A DNA stretch of 17,631 nucleotides. Source: Oculatellaceae cyanobacterium bins.114. GTDB taxonomy: Bacteria > Cyanobacteriota > Cyanobacteriia > Elainellales > Elainellaceae. The translations under genes and the position numbers were made by a program. This document shows positions 1 to 6,774 of this stretch, one piece after another (the first letter of the stretch is position 1; every line of letters starts with the position of its first letter). The notes beneath the pieces were generated by a model, which saw only the letters and a program-made list of their open reading frames with translations, did no database searches and was not told the DNA's origin. Location: positions 1 through 17,631 of the forward strand of contig JANRJA010000027.1 in NCBI GenBank assembly GCA_033764315.1, read 5' to 3'.

Positions 1-1
1 G

Positions 2-487
2 GTCGAATCAACCGTGGGTGTCGGTTCCGTGTTTACAGTTCACTTACCTGCCTATCCCAGCACCCTGTCTTCTGATAACAGCTCCCCTGAAATGCCTTTG
101 AGCCAAAATCAGGGACGGGTCATGTTAGTCGAAAATCATGAGGAAAGTGCCCACATTATTTGCGATATTCTCAATGCAGCAGGATATCAATTGGTTTGGT
201 TGCTAGAAGGCTCGATGGCTATGACGCAAATTGAGGTTTTAAAACCGATTGCGGTCATTCTGAGCACTCGCCTACCGGATATTGACGGCTACACTATCAT
301 TCGTCAATTACGACAAAATCCAGCTACCAAAAAAATCAAGGTCATTGCCTTGGTCAATCCCAATGCTTTAAATGACCCAGAGCGTTGCCTTGAGGCGGGT
401 GCCAACGGCTATCTGACAAAGCCGATTCGTCCTGATCAAGTCCTTTATCAACTGAGCCACTTGGTGAAGAGTGAAGCGCAAGAATGA
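2..487 (+). CDS. cikA: C-terminal part of a hybrid histidine kinase with pseudo-receiver domain, CikA-like (5' truncated by window edge)
   Basis: The frame is open from base 2: VESTVGVGSVFTVHLP is the end of an HATPase_c domain. The following receiver fold lacks the phospho-acceptor Asp (VILSTRLP). GRVMLVE..IC.IL.AAGYQLVWL..PIAVIL closely resembles the CikA pseudo-receiver as I recall it. Confidence 0.7.
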   Translation, partial: VESTVGVGSVFTVHLPAYPSTLSSDNSSPEMPLSQNQGRVMLVENHEESAHIICDILNAAGYQLVWLLEGSMAMTQIEVLKPIAVILSTRLPDIDGYTIIRQLRQNPATKKIKVIALVNPNALNDPERCLEAGANGYLTKPIRPDQVLYQLSHLVKSEAQE

Positions 488-502
488 AGCGTGAAGAATG
501 AA
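462..502 (+). repeat. Degenerate heptamer tandem repeat (STRR-like, G-N-N-TGAA) spanning the stop codon
   Basis: tggtgaa gagtgaa gcgcaa gaatgaa gcgtgaa gaatgaa. Confidence 0.5.
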
Positions 503-569
503 AAGGTTTGGTTGATAGTGCTGAGTAGCTTTGATACGATTGAGTCCAATTGCAATACAGGAATCCCGC

Positions 570-917
570 ATGGATCTCGAAACGTTAGCCAATGCCCAAG
601 GGTTGATGACGGTTGAGGCAGTCCAAAAATCGCTAAACCGCTCTCGTGCTTCAGTCTATCGCTATGCCAACACTGACCCTGGTTTATTAAACCCTGACTA
701 TGACCCCAAACGCTTGAATCCTGAGCTTCGCATCAACAAAGATGACCCCCTGCTGTTTCACCCCAATGAAGTGGCTCGGTTTGCCAAGGATATTTTGGGC
801 ATTAAGCAAGTGACGATTGAGGTGCAGGAGTCGGCTCAAACAGCCACATTAGAGGTTTTACATGCCATTTTAGCGGAGTTACAAAGTATTCATCGGTTAC
901 TCGAATCTCGCTCTTAA
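570..917 (+). CDS. Small cyanobacterial protein with N-terminal AlpA/excisionase-like HTH (often labelled 'resolvase')
   Basis: ATG at 570 preceded by AGGA. LMTVEAVQKSLNRSRASVYRY has an HTH pattern, and the C-terminus is an amphipathic helix. No recombinase catalytic domain is visible. Confidence 0.7.
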   Translation: MDLETLANAQGLMTVEAVQKSLNRSRASVYRYANTDPGLLNPDYDPKRLNPELRINKDDPLLFHPNEVARFAKDILGIKQVTIEVQESAQTATLEVLHAILAELQSIHRLLESRS

Positions 918-926
918 AACAACCTC

Positions 927-1961
927 ATGACCCAATCTGTGCAACCGACTGAGCCAACATCAACTGAGCCAACATCAACTGAGTCAACCCTGTCCAGGTC
1001 AACTCCGCTCCAGGCCACTTTAGACGAACTATATCAACGCTACTTGCCACTACGAGAGGGCAAAGTCGCTGACTACATTCCCGAATTGGCGAAGATGAGT
1101 TCCGACTGTTTCAGCATCTGTATCGCCACAGTCGATGGGCAAGTGTATGAAGTGGGTGACTCAGAGCAGTTATTCACCATTCAGTCGATCTCAAAGGTCT
1201 TTGTGCATGGGTTGGCCCTGGAGGACTACGGACGCGAACGGTTGCTGACCAAAGTGGGGGTCGAGCCAACAGGAGATTTCTTCAACGCGATTGTGCTGGA
1301 TGAGCAATCCAAACGTCCCTATAACCCAATGGTGAATGCGGGGGCGATCGCCATCACTAGTCTGATTAAGGGAGCCGATGCTACTGAAAAACTAAACCGC
1401 ATGTTGGATATGTTTCGTCGCTACATTGGGCACGACATTTTTATTGATGTCGCCACCTATGTCTCTGAACGATCGACGGGCGATCGCAATCGAGCGATGG
1501 GCTATCTGATGCACCACTTTGGCATGATCGAAGACCCGGTCGATGACGCATTGGATTTGTACTTTCAGCAATGTTCATTAATGGTGAACTGTCGTGATCT
1601 GGCCGTCATGGCAGCGACGCTTGCCAATCAAGGGGTGAATCCAATAACGGGCGATCGCGCGGTGGAAGCGAAGTATGTGCGCGATATCCTCAGCGTCATG
1701 TATACCTGCGGCATGTATAACTTTGCGGGGGAATGGGCATATACTGTCGGACTCCCGGCCAAAAGTGGGGTGTGTGGCGGCATTATTGCGATCGTGCCCG
1801 ACCAGATCGGTATTGCCGTCTTCTCTCCACCGCTGGACTCGCGCGGCAACAGTGTGCGAGGGGTCAAGGTCTGTGAGGAACTGTCTGACCAGTTTGGGTT
1901 GCACTTGTTTGACTCGTCGCGGGGCTGTCACAACTTCCTCAAACAATGGTCGGTGAAATAG
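927..1961 (+). CDS. glsA: Glutaminase A
   Basis: Motifs [19 protein letters not shown] (catalytic SxxK), [47 protein letters not shown]. Confidence 0.95.
   Translation: MTQSVQPTEPTSTEPTSTESTLSRSTPLQATLDELYQRYLPLREGKVADYIPELAKMSSDCFSICIATVDGQVYEVGDSEQLFTIQSISKVFVHGLALEDYGRERLLTKVGVEPTGDFFNAIVLDEQSKRPYNPMVNAGAIAITSLIKGADATEKLNRMLDMFRRYIGHDIFIDVATYVSERSTGDRNRAMGYLMHHFGMIEDPVDDALDLYFQQCSLMVNCRDLAVMAATLANQGVNPITGDRAVEAKYVRDILSVMYTCGMYNFAGEWAYTVGLPAKSGVCGGIIAIVPDQIGIAVFSPPLDSRGNSVRGVKVCEELSDQFGLHLFDSSRGCHNFLKQWSVK
948..988 (+). repeat. In-frame 15-bp tandem repeat (about 2.7 copies; TEPTS) in the glutaminase N-terminus
   Basis: actgagccaacatca x2 followed by actgagtcaac. Confidence 0.9.
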
Positions 1962-1972
1962 GTATCTAGAAG

Positions 1973-2554
1973 TTATTCCGTTGCAAATTGCACCCCATCA
2001 TATAAATCTGCCAGGGTTATTGCACATGGAATGGATGCTAACGAAATGTGGGCATCGACTCCATCGTATTCAGAAAAAAGCCATTGATTGGAGTCAGTTT
2101 TAAAGTACTGCTCAACATGCAGCGTATATTGATCAATTAATAGATATTCCTGAAACGTCGAAACCGTGCGATAGGCAGCAAACTTTTCATCCCGATCATA
2201 GTTTTTTGTGGCTTTTGAAAGCACTTCAGCTATCATCACGGGGTTCGTGATCGTATCGGTTCGTCCGGCTTGGAGTTGCAATGGACGCTGCGCAACCATG
2301 ACATCAGGATAAGTGTAAAGGTTACGAGCCGGAATCCAGAGTCGCTGATCGGCAATAAAAATGCTGTAGGGTTTACCTTTAAGGCTGGCTCTCAGAGCTG
2401 CGTTGAGAATACTGGCAATCTCATTATGTTCAGGGGTGCCGCCCGTCATTGTCAGAATTTCTCCATTGATGTACTCATGCCGTTGCTCAGAACTGAGTTC
2501 GAGTTCTAGATACTCTTCAACGGTGTAATTTTTTCTTTCGGTTTGAGCAATCAT
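1973..2554 (-). CDS. Uma2 family (DUF820) endonuclease-fold protein
   Basis: Starts MIAQTERKNYTVEEYLELE; motifs HEYINGEI..MTGG, YPDVMV, IAEVLSKAT..YDRDEKF..Y, EYLLIDQ. The ORF-track start at 2755 runs through repeats, so ATG at 2554 is preferred. Confidence 0.92.
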   Translation of the reverse strand: MIAQTERKNYTVEEYLELELSSEQRHEYINGEILTMTGGTPEHNEIASILNAALRASLKGKPYSIFIADQRLWIPARNLYTYPDVMVAQRPLQLQAGRTDTITNPVMIAEVLSKATKNYDRDEKFAAYRTVSTFQEYLLIDQYTLHVEQYFKTDSNQWLFSEYDGVDAHISLASIPCAITLADLYDGVQFATE

Positions 2555-2597
2555 GACAGGCTCACTTCTTGCAATAGAGGCGATCGTATTGGCTACG

Positions 2598-2628
2598 CTC
2601 ATCCTAACCCACACCACACAAGGATGAG
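2598..2628. other. 8-bp perfect inverted repeat between RAYT element and Uma2 gene (possible operator or RNA hairpin)
   Basis: ctcatcct-N15-aggatgag. Confidence 0.35.
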
Positions 2629-2632
2629 AGCC

Positions 2633-2681
2633 CTCGTTTCCAGGATCTGCCTGGAAATACCCTCTCGGAGACAGAGCCTCC
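2633..2681. repeat. REP-like left end, copy 1 (two hairpins)
   Basis: tttccagg-atctg-cctggaaa and ggag-acagagc-ctcc; homologous to 3301-3350. Confidence 0.85.
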
Positions 2682-2682
2682 G

Positions 2683-3216
2683 TTAAACCTCTAGAAACAC
2701 AATCGGCAAAAGTCCCTGCTGCTCTTGATAATCCCGATAGCTGGAATAGCACCAATGCCCCGGATTATCCACATATCCTCTGCGAATAGGATTATGATGC
2801 ACGTACTCTAACTTCTGCTGGAACATCTCTGCTGTTAACAGAGCTTGCGGGTGTGAACCCTCCTGCCAAACCTGATAATCTTGATCAAATTTGTGAAATT
2901 GCTTGTAAAAAGCGAGTTGAGTTAACCAATACTGTCTGTTGTTTGCTTGAAGCCAATCGATAATTAAACGGGCTGTAAACGATTTGAACGCTTTGATCTC
3001 TTTTGACAAATGGTTAGATGACGCAATCAGATGAAGATGGTTTTCCATGACGACATAGCCATGTATGACGATACGTTGGCGATCGCAGAGAAAGTTAAGG
3101 GAATCAAACAGAATTTGAACTATTTTTGGATTGCTAAACAAAGGAAGCCAGTTAACAACGGTGCAGGTCAGAAAATGAGGATGATTCTCTAGAAAGTGAT
3201 ACCGACTACGACCCAT
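2683..3216 (-). CDS. REP-associated tyrosine transposase (RAYT/TnpA-REP, Y1 HUH superfamily)
   Basis: HFLTCTV, YVVMENHLHLI (HUH), FKSFTA, WQEGSH, YVHHNP..RG.V..P..W.YSSY (catalytic Tyr plus RAYT-type C-terminus). Flanked by palindromic repeats; no tnpB nearby. Confidence 0.92.
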   Translation of the reverse strand: MGRSRYHFLENHPHFLTCTVVNWLPLFSNPKIVQILFDSLNFLCDRQRIVIHGYVVMENHLHLIASSNHLSKEIKAFKSFTARLIIDWLQANNRQYWLTQLAFYKQFHKFDQDYQVWQEGSHPQALLTAEMFQQKLEYVHHNPIRRGYVDNPGHWCYSSYRDYQEQQGLLPIVFLEV

Positions 3217-3240
3217 ATGAGTTCTCGAATTAAGGGAAAT

Positions 3241-3289
3241 GAGGCAGAACCTCTCAATTAGCGTTCCCAGGGAGAGCCTGAGGAACGAG
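3241..3289. repeat. REP-like right end, copy 1 (two hairpins)
   Basis: gagg-cagaa-cctc and ttag-cgttcccagg-gagag-cctgaggaacg-ag; homologous to 3363-3409. Confidence 0.85.
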
Positions 3290-3300
3290 AAAAAAACCTG

Positions 3301-3409
3301 CTTGTTTCCAGGCTCCTGCCTGGAAATACCTCTTTGGAGGCTCTGCCTCCCCTAATTCATATCGGCAGAGCCGCTACTTAGCGTTCCCAGGCGGAGCCTG
3401 AGGAGCGAG
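3301..3409. mobile_element. Gene-less REPIN/MITE-like unit made of the same left and right ends (four hairpins)
   Basis: cttgtttccaggctcctgcctggaaatacctctttggaggctctgcctcc, then a 12-nt spacer, then cggcagagccgctacttagcgttcccaggcggagcctgaggagcgag. Confidence 0.8.
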
Positions 3410-3435
3410 GGAAGAAGTCGCAGATCTGACCCATC

Positions 3436-5412
3436 TCACGAAAACAGCCTGCCCCAAAAGCCTTTGTCCTGCTTCTCAAGTTCCTCAATCTGATTGAGTA
3501 CATAGCGATGTAACTCTGTATTGCCCTGCTGTTGATACAGCTTTGCGGCTTCTCGATAATCAGCAAGTGCCCCTTGCTTGTCACCCAAGTCAGATTTGGC
3601 AAGCCCGCGATTGAGGTAGGCATAGGCATAGTCCGGTTTTAAGCTAATAGTTTTGGTGTAGTCAGCGATCGCCCCTTGCTTGTCACCCAAGTCAGCTTTG
3701 GCAATCCCGCGATTGTAGTAGGCATCGGCATAGTCCAGTTTTAAGCGAATCGCTTCATTGTAGTCAGCGATCGCCCCCTGCTTGTCACCCAAATCTTTCT
3801 TGGCAGCCCCGCGATTGTTGTAGGAAAAGGCATAGTCGCATTTTAAGCGAATCGCTTCGGTGTAGTCGGCGATCGCCCCTTGCTTGTCACCCAAATCTTT
3901 TTTGGCAACCCCGCGATTGTTGTAGGTATCAGCATCGTCAGGTTTTAAGCGGATCGCTTCGCTGTAGTCGGCGATCGCCCCTTGCTTGTCACCCAAATCT
4001 TTTTTGGCAGCCCCACGATTGTTGTAAGCCTCGGCATAGTCGGGTTTTAAGCGAATCGCTTCAGTGCAGTCTTCGATCGCCCCTTGCTTGTCACCCAAAT
4101 CTTTTTTGGCAACCCCGCGATTGTTGTAGGCAAAGGCATAGTCGGGTTTTAAGCGAATCGCTTCGGTGTAGTCAGCGATTGCCCCTTGTTTGTCTCCTGC
4201 ATTGTATTTTTCATTACCCCGATCCAAGAATTCCTCGGCAGTTAGAGATTTGGTTGGGGTTTGAGTAGCAGGTTCAGGTTTGGGGGGCTGAGGGATAACT
4301 GATGATGTGGTTACTGCTGCGATCGGCGTTGTTGATTGAGCAAATTGGGCTGCAATGTCTTGCTCAATGGCGGCAATATCGGCATCACGCAAGCCCAACA
4401 ACTGTTGAAGGGTTTTCAGCGCATCTCGCGCATCTTCTCCGAGGGGATATTCATGTTTGGCTTCGGCTAACAAGGTTTCTTGATACTTTTGCAAGTTAGC
4501 AATGCGTTCTCGATAGGGGCGAAAGACTTCGGCTTCAATATCGTCGGTTTCAGGCTGGGTCAAGCCCAACTGCTGTCGCAAAGTGTTCAGCACGGCTCGA
4601 CCTGCCGGACGGATTGTGTCTCCGGTGGCATACCTTGTCACCATCTTGCGATAGCGCAACCGGGGATCAGCCACCCTTGCCTTTGACAAAATGATCTCAA
4701 AGCCCAAATCTTTGAGGCAGATTAACTTGGGAGTCATGTTAGGGGCAGTTGCCCGCACCCGATCAAAGGCATAGTGGTGCAGTTCTTGCACCGAAATCTG
4801 TCCGTCTTCGTTGACATCACCTGCTCCAGTTTCGATCCCTTCCACCAGATAGCGGGTGTAGAGCGACAGTTCAGAGTCAGCTAGTTCCAGGGAATATTGA
4901 GTTGAGCTAGAGGAGGTCAATACCACCCGTCCTTCGGCTCCTAACTGACCTGATACATCCACTGAGCCATCATCTTTTAATCGCAGTTGCGGATCAAATG
5001 CCCCACTAAAGCAGCAATCGAGAATGATGGTCTGGCGTCGGGCGCGACTATTATGTAAAACGTCATGGACAAAGCGAGCAGCCACCGCCGAGGAACGAAT
5101 CAAATCACCTCTGGCATTGTTTTGAGTGATGGGGGTCGCAAAGTAGAGATTGCCGTTGTCGTCTTTGATGCCGTGTCCAGAAAAATAAAGCAGCACCAGA
5201 TCATCTTTAGTGCAATTTGAGAATAGAGTCTCAATCTCATATTGCATGGCTTGTGGCTCAGGGTTGAGCAAGGGTTTCACCCTATCAAATTCACCCAGTT
5301 CTGAGTCTTGCAAGACACGCCGCATGGCTTCCACATCCCTGACTGCCGCAGGTAATGGGTTTAAACCTGAGTGATAATTACTAACGCCTATGAGTAATGC
5401 GATCTTTGCCAT
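3436..5412 (-). CDS. Caspase-like protease (peptidase C14, EACC1-associated type) with helical linker domain and 7 C-terminal TPRs
   Basis: KIALLIGVSNY, LLYFSGHG (His80), IILDCCFSG (Cys134), VVLTSSSSTQYS, SLYTRYLVEGIETG. Seven 34-aa TPR repeats follow. Confidence 0.92.
   Translation of the reverse strand: MAKIALLIGVSNYHSGLNPLPAAVRDVEAMRRVLQDSELGEFDRVKPLLNPEPQAMQYEIETLFSNCTKDDLVLLYFSGHGIKDDNGNLYFATPITQNNARGDLIRSSAVAARFVHDVLHNSRARRQTIILDCCFSGAFDPQLRLKDDGSVDVSGQLGAEGRVVLTSSSSTQYSLELADSELSLYTRYLVEGIETGAGDVNEDGQISVQELHHYAFDRVRATAPNMTPKLICLKDLGFEIILSKARVADPRLRYRKMVTRYATGDTIRPAGRAVLNTLRQQLGLTQPETDDIEAEVFRPYRERIANLQKYQETLLAEAKHEYPLGEDARDALKTLQQLLGLRDADIAAIEQDIAAQFAQSTTPIAAVTTSSVIPQPPKPEPATQTPTKSLTAEEFLDRGNEKYNAGDKQGAIADYTEAIRLKPDYAFAYNNRGVAKKDLGDKQGAIEDCTEAIRLKPDYAEAYNNRGAAKKDLGDKQGAIADYSEAIRLKPDDADTYNNRGVAKKDLGDKQGAIADYTEAIRLKCDYAFSYNNRGAAKKDLGDKQGAIADYNEAIRLKLDYADAYYNRGIAKADLGDKQGAIADYTKTISLKPDYAYAYLNRGLAKSDLGDKQGALADYREAAKLYQQQGNTELHRYVLNQIEELEKQDKGFWGRLFS
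3526..4239 (-). repeat. Seven 102-bp TPR-coding tandem repeats, inner copies highly similar at DNA level
   Basis: Recurring gccccttgcttgtcacccaa and ttttaagcgaatcgcttc at 102-bp period; HIP1 in register at 3665, 3767, 3869, 3971. Confidence 0.95.
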
Positions 5413-5443
5413 GAGTGCCAGGGTGATGAGAAGGCGTTTGGGT

Positions 5444-5474
5444 GTTGGGTTGCGCTATGCTTCACCCAACCTAT
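5444..5474 (-). repeat. GTAG-type REP-like hairpin between EACC1 and caspase genes
   Basis: The minus strand reads ATAG-GTTGGGT-gaagcatagcgca-ACCCAAC, a 7-bp perfect stem. It resembles the common GTAGGTTGGGT..AACCCAAC repeat, and its TAG is the EACC1 stop codon. Confidence 0.65.
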
Positions 5475-5848
5475 GAGTTAACGAAATCTTGGGCGGCTTT
5501 GATGGCAGCTTCGAGTTCTTCGCGGCTATGGGCAGAGACTTTGAGCTTTTTGCCGTTGGCTTCGACTTCTAACTCAATCGGTTTACCCCCCAAGCGATCG
5601 CCCAAAAATCCGAGTAGCTTTGCACCATTGGCAACCGTTGCCTCTGCTTGCAGCAATCCCACTAAAAACCCACCGATTGCTTTGTTGCCTTCCGGTGGGT
5701 TGGGGTCAAGCACGCGATCGACGGCATCCACTTCATCTAGGTCGCGCAATTCTGTCATGAGGCGTTGTGCCTGCTCATCTCGCTCTTCAGGTTCGAGGTC
5801 TGAGTCAACAAAGGCGATCGTCAGTTTGAGTTGAGAATTAGAAGTCAT
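5471..5848 (-). CDS. EACC1-like protein (effector-associated constant component 1)
   Basis: 125 aa, directly upstream of the caspase. Pattern: D.DLEPEE....QRL..ELRDLD, loop PPEGNKA, hydrophobic hairpin IGGFLVGLL..LLGFLGDRL, then IELEVEANGKKLKV. Family recognised from memory. Confidence 0.8.
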   Translation of the reverse strand: MTSNSQLKLTIAFVDSDLEPEERDEQAQRLMTELRDLDEVDAVDRVLDPNPPEGNKAIGGFLVGLLQAEATVANGAKLLGFLGDRLGGKPIELEVEANGKKLKVSAHSREELEAAIKAAQDFVNS

Positions 5849-5913
5849 AGGGGTTGGGGGCGATCGAAGTTCACTTTTGATTGACTCAATTCTCGCATGG
5901 GTTACTGTAAGTT

Positions 5914-6414
5914 TTAGGGCATGTCTTCTTCACCCGCAGCTTTTAAGATTTGGTTATAGAGGCGATCGCTCACATAAAAATTTGCTTGGTTAATGAGTAC
6001 ATCTAAAACGGGTTGAATATCTTGAATCAACCTACGTTGCTTAGCAACAAGAAGAATACCTAAAATTCCAATAACCGATAGTCCTAGCGATAATGCTTCT
6101 TGTCGCCCTAGGCGTTCATCGATTAGCAAATCGTCGGCTTGAAGTTCGACTGCAAGAGCAATAGCCGCCGCTTCTCCAGGATCAAGATTGCGATCGCGCT
6201 CTAACTGTGTTGCCAAATCTACATTGGTAAGAGAAGAAATTTGGATCCAGTCAAGTGTGAGAATACTTTGAACATCGGGCAAATCCTGTGCGTTAGCCAG
6301 TTCGCTAGCAACAACTTCAGGGATAACGACGTTGCCGTAAATGGCTTGCAAGAGCCAAAGATGATTGGCGATCGCTAAGTTGCACAACGGCGAGGTGTCA
6401 CTAACAACAATCAC
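5914..6414 (-). CDS. DUF3368 PIN-domain protein (putative VapC-like toxin)
   Basis: MIVVSDTSPL, VVIPEVVASEL, LDPGEAAAIALA, LLIDERLGR, GILGILL.AK. The GTG start at 6414 overlaps the upstream TGA (GTGA). Confidence 0.9.
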   Translation of the reverse strand: MIVVSDTSPLCNLAIANHLWLLQAIYGNVVIPEVVASELANAQDLPDVQSILTLDWIQISSLTNVDLATQLERDRNLDPGEAAAIALAVELQADDLLIDERLGRQEALSLGLSVIGILGILLVAKQRRLIQDIQPVLDVLINQANFYVSDRLYNQILKAAGEEDMP

Positions 6415-6656
6415 AGCCAACCTCTGGCTTTCAAGCTGCTAATATCTTGCGCTAGATCCTCAACATCATAATGAATGCAAATTTTGCGACTAGCGAGCAG
6501 TTTTTGAAATGTAATTTGATGCATTCCACTCAGCTGAGCTGCTTTGCCAAGAGTAATGCGGTCTTGCTGAAACAGCATAACCGCAATCTCCTTCATCAAT
6601 TCAGATTCGGTCATCTGAGCTGCTTGTAACAATTCATTAGGAAGGGTAATGCTCAT
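6411..6656 (-). CDS. UPF0175 family protein (putative antitoxin)
   Basis: 81 aa with EIAVMLFQQDRITLGKAAQLSGM....FQKLLASRKI.IHYDVEDL..D; translationally coupled to the PIN gene. Confidence 0.9.
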   Translation of the reverse strand: MSITLPNELLQAAQMTESELMKEIAVMLFQQDRITLGKAAQLSGMHQITFQKLLASRKICIHYDVEDLAQDISSLKARGWL

Positions 6657-6727
6657 GTTTCTTTAGCAAAAATCGCATTTTTCTTATGATAAACGGCTTA
6701 CTTAACCAATGGCTTGTGTGAAATGTA

Positions 6728-6741
6728 AGAACATTTGTATT
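6728..6741. promoter_or_regulatory. Putative cyanobacterial LexA box upstream of nurA
   Basis: Minus strand AATAC-AAA-TGTTCT is one mismatch from consensus RGTAC-NNN-DGTWCB and lies 33 nt before the nurA ATG. Confidence 0.55.
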
Positions 6742-6774
6742 AAATTCATAGGTATTCGTTCATATGCTCTCCCC

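Larger units (their letters stand above)
2633..3289 (-). mobile_element. RAYT-containing element (REPtron-like) bounded by double-hairpin left and right ends
   Basis: Left end 2633-2681 and right end 3241-3289 enclose the Y1 transposase gene. The termini ctcgtttccagg ... cctgaggaacgag are imperfect inverted repeats. Confidence 0.75.

Noticed and set aside
570..917. Site-specific resolvase indicating a mobile element
   Set aside because: Only an HTH-like motif is visible; there is no serine or tyrosine recombinase catalytic domain and no element ends.
2555..2755. N-terminal extension of the Uma2 ORF given in the ORF track
   Set aside because: It overlaps the RAYT gene and REP hairpins; Uma2-like sequence begins at Met 2554.
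2683..3216. Classical IS200/IS605 element with TnpB or guide RNA
   Set aside because: There is no tnpB/iscB, and the protein's C-terminal NP..RG.V..P..W.YSS signature and multi-hairpin flanks fit RAYT.
3378..3629. 83-aa minus-strand ORF
   Set aside because: It is an alternative frame of the caspase TPR end running into REP sequence and shows no protein-like features.
3526..4239. Diversity-generating retroelement acting on the repeats
   Set aside because: No reverse transcriptase or separate template repeat is in the window, and the differences are not obviously adenine-restricted.
5442..5834. 130-aa plus-strand ORF
   Set aside because: It is the antisense shadow of the EACC1-like gene, Ser-rich and low in information.
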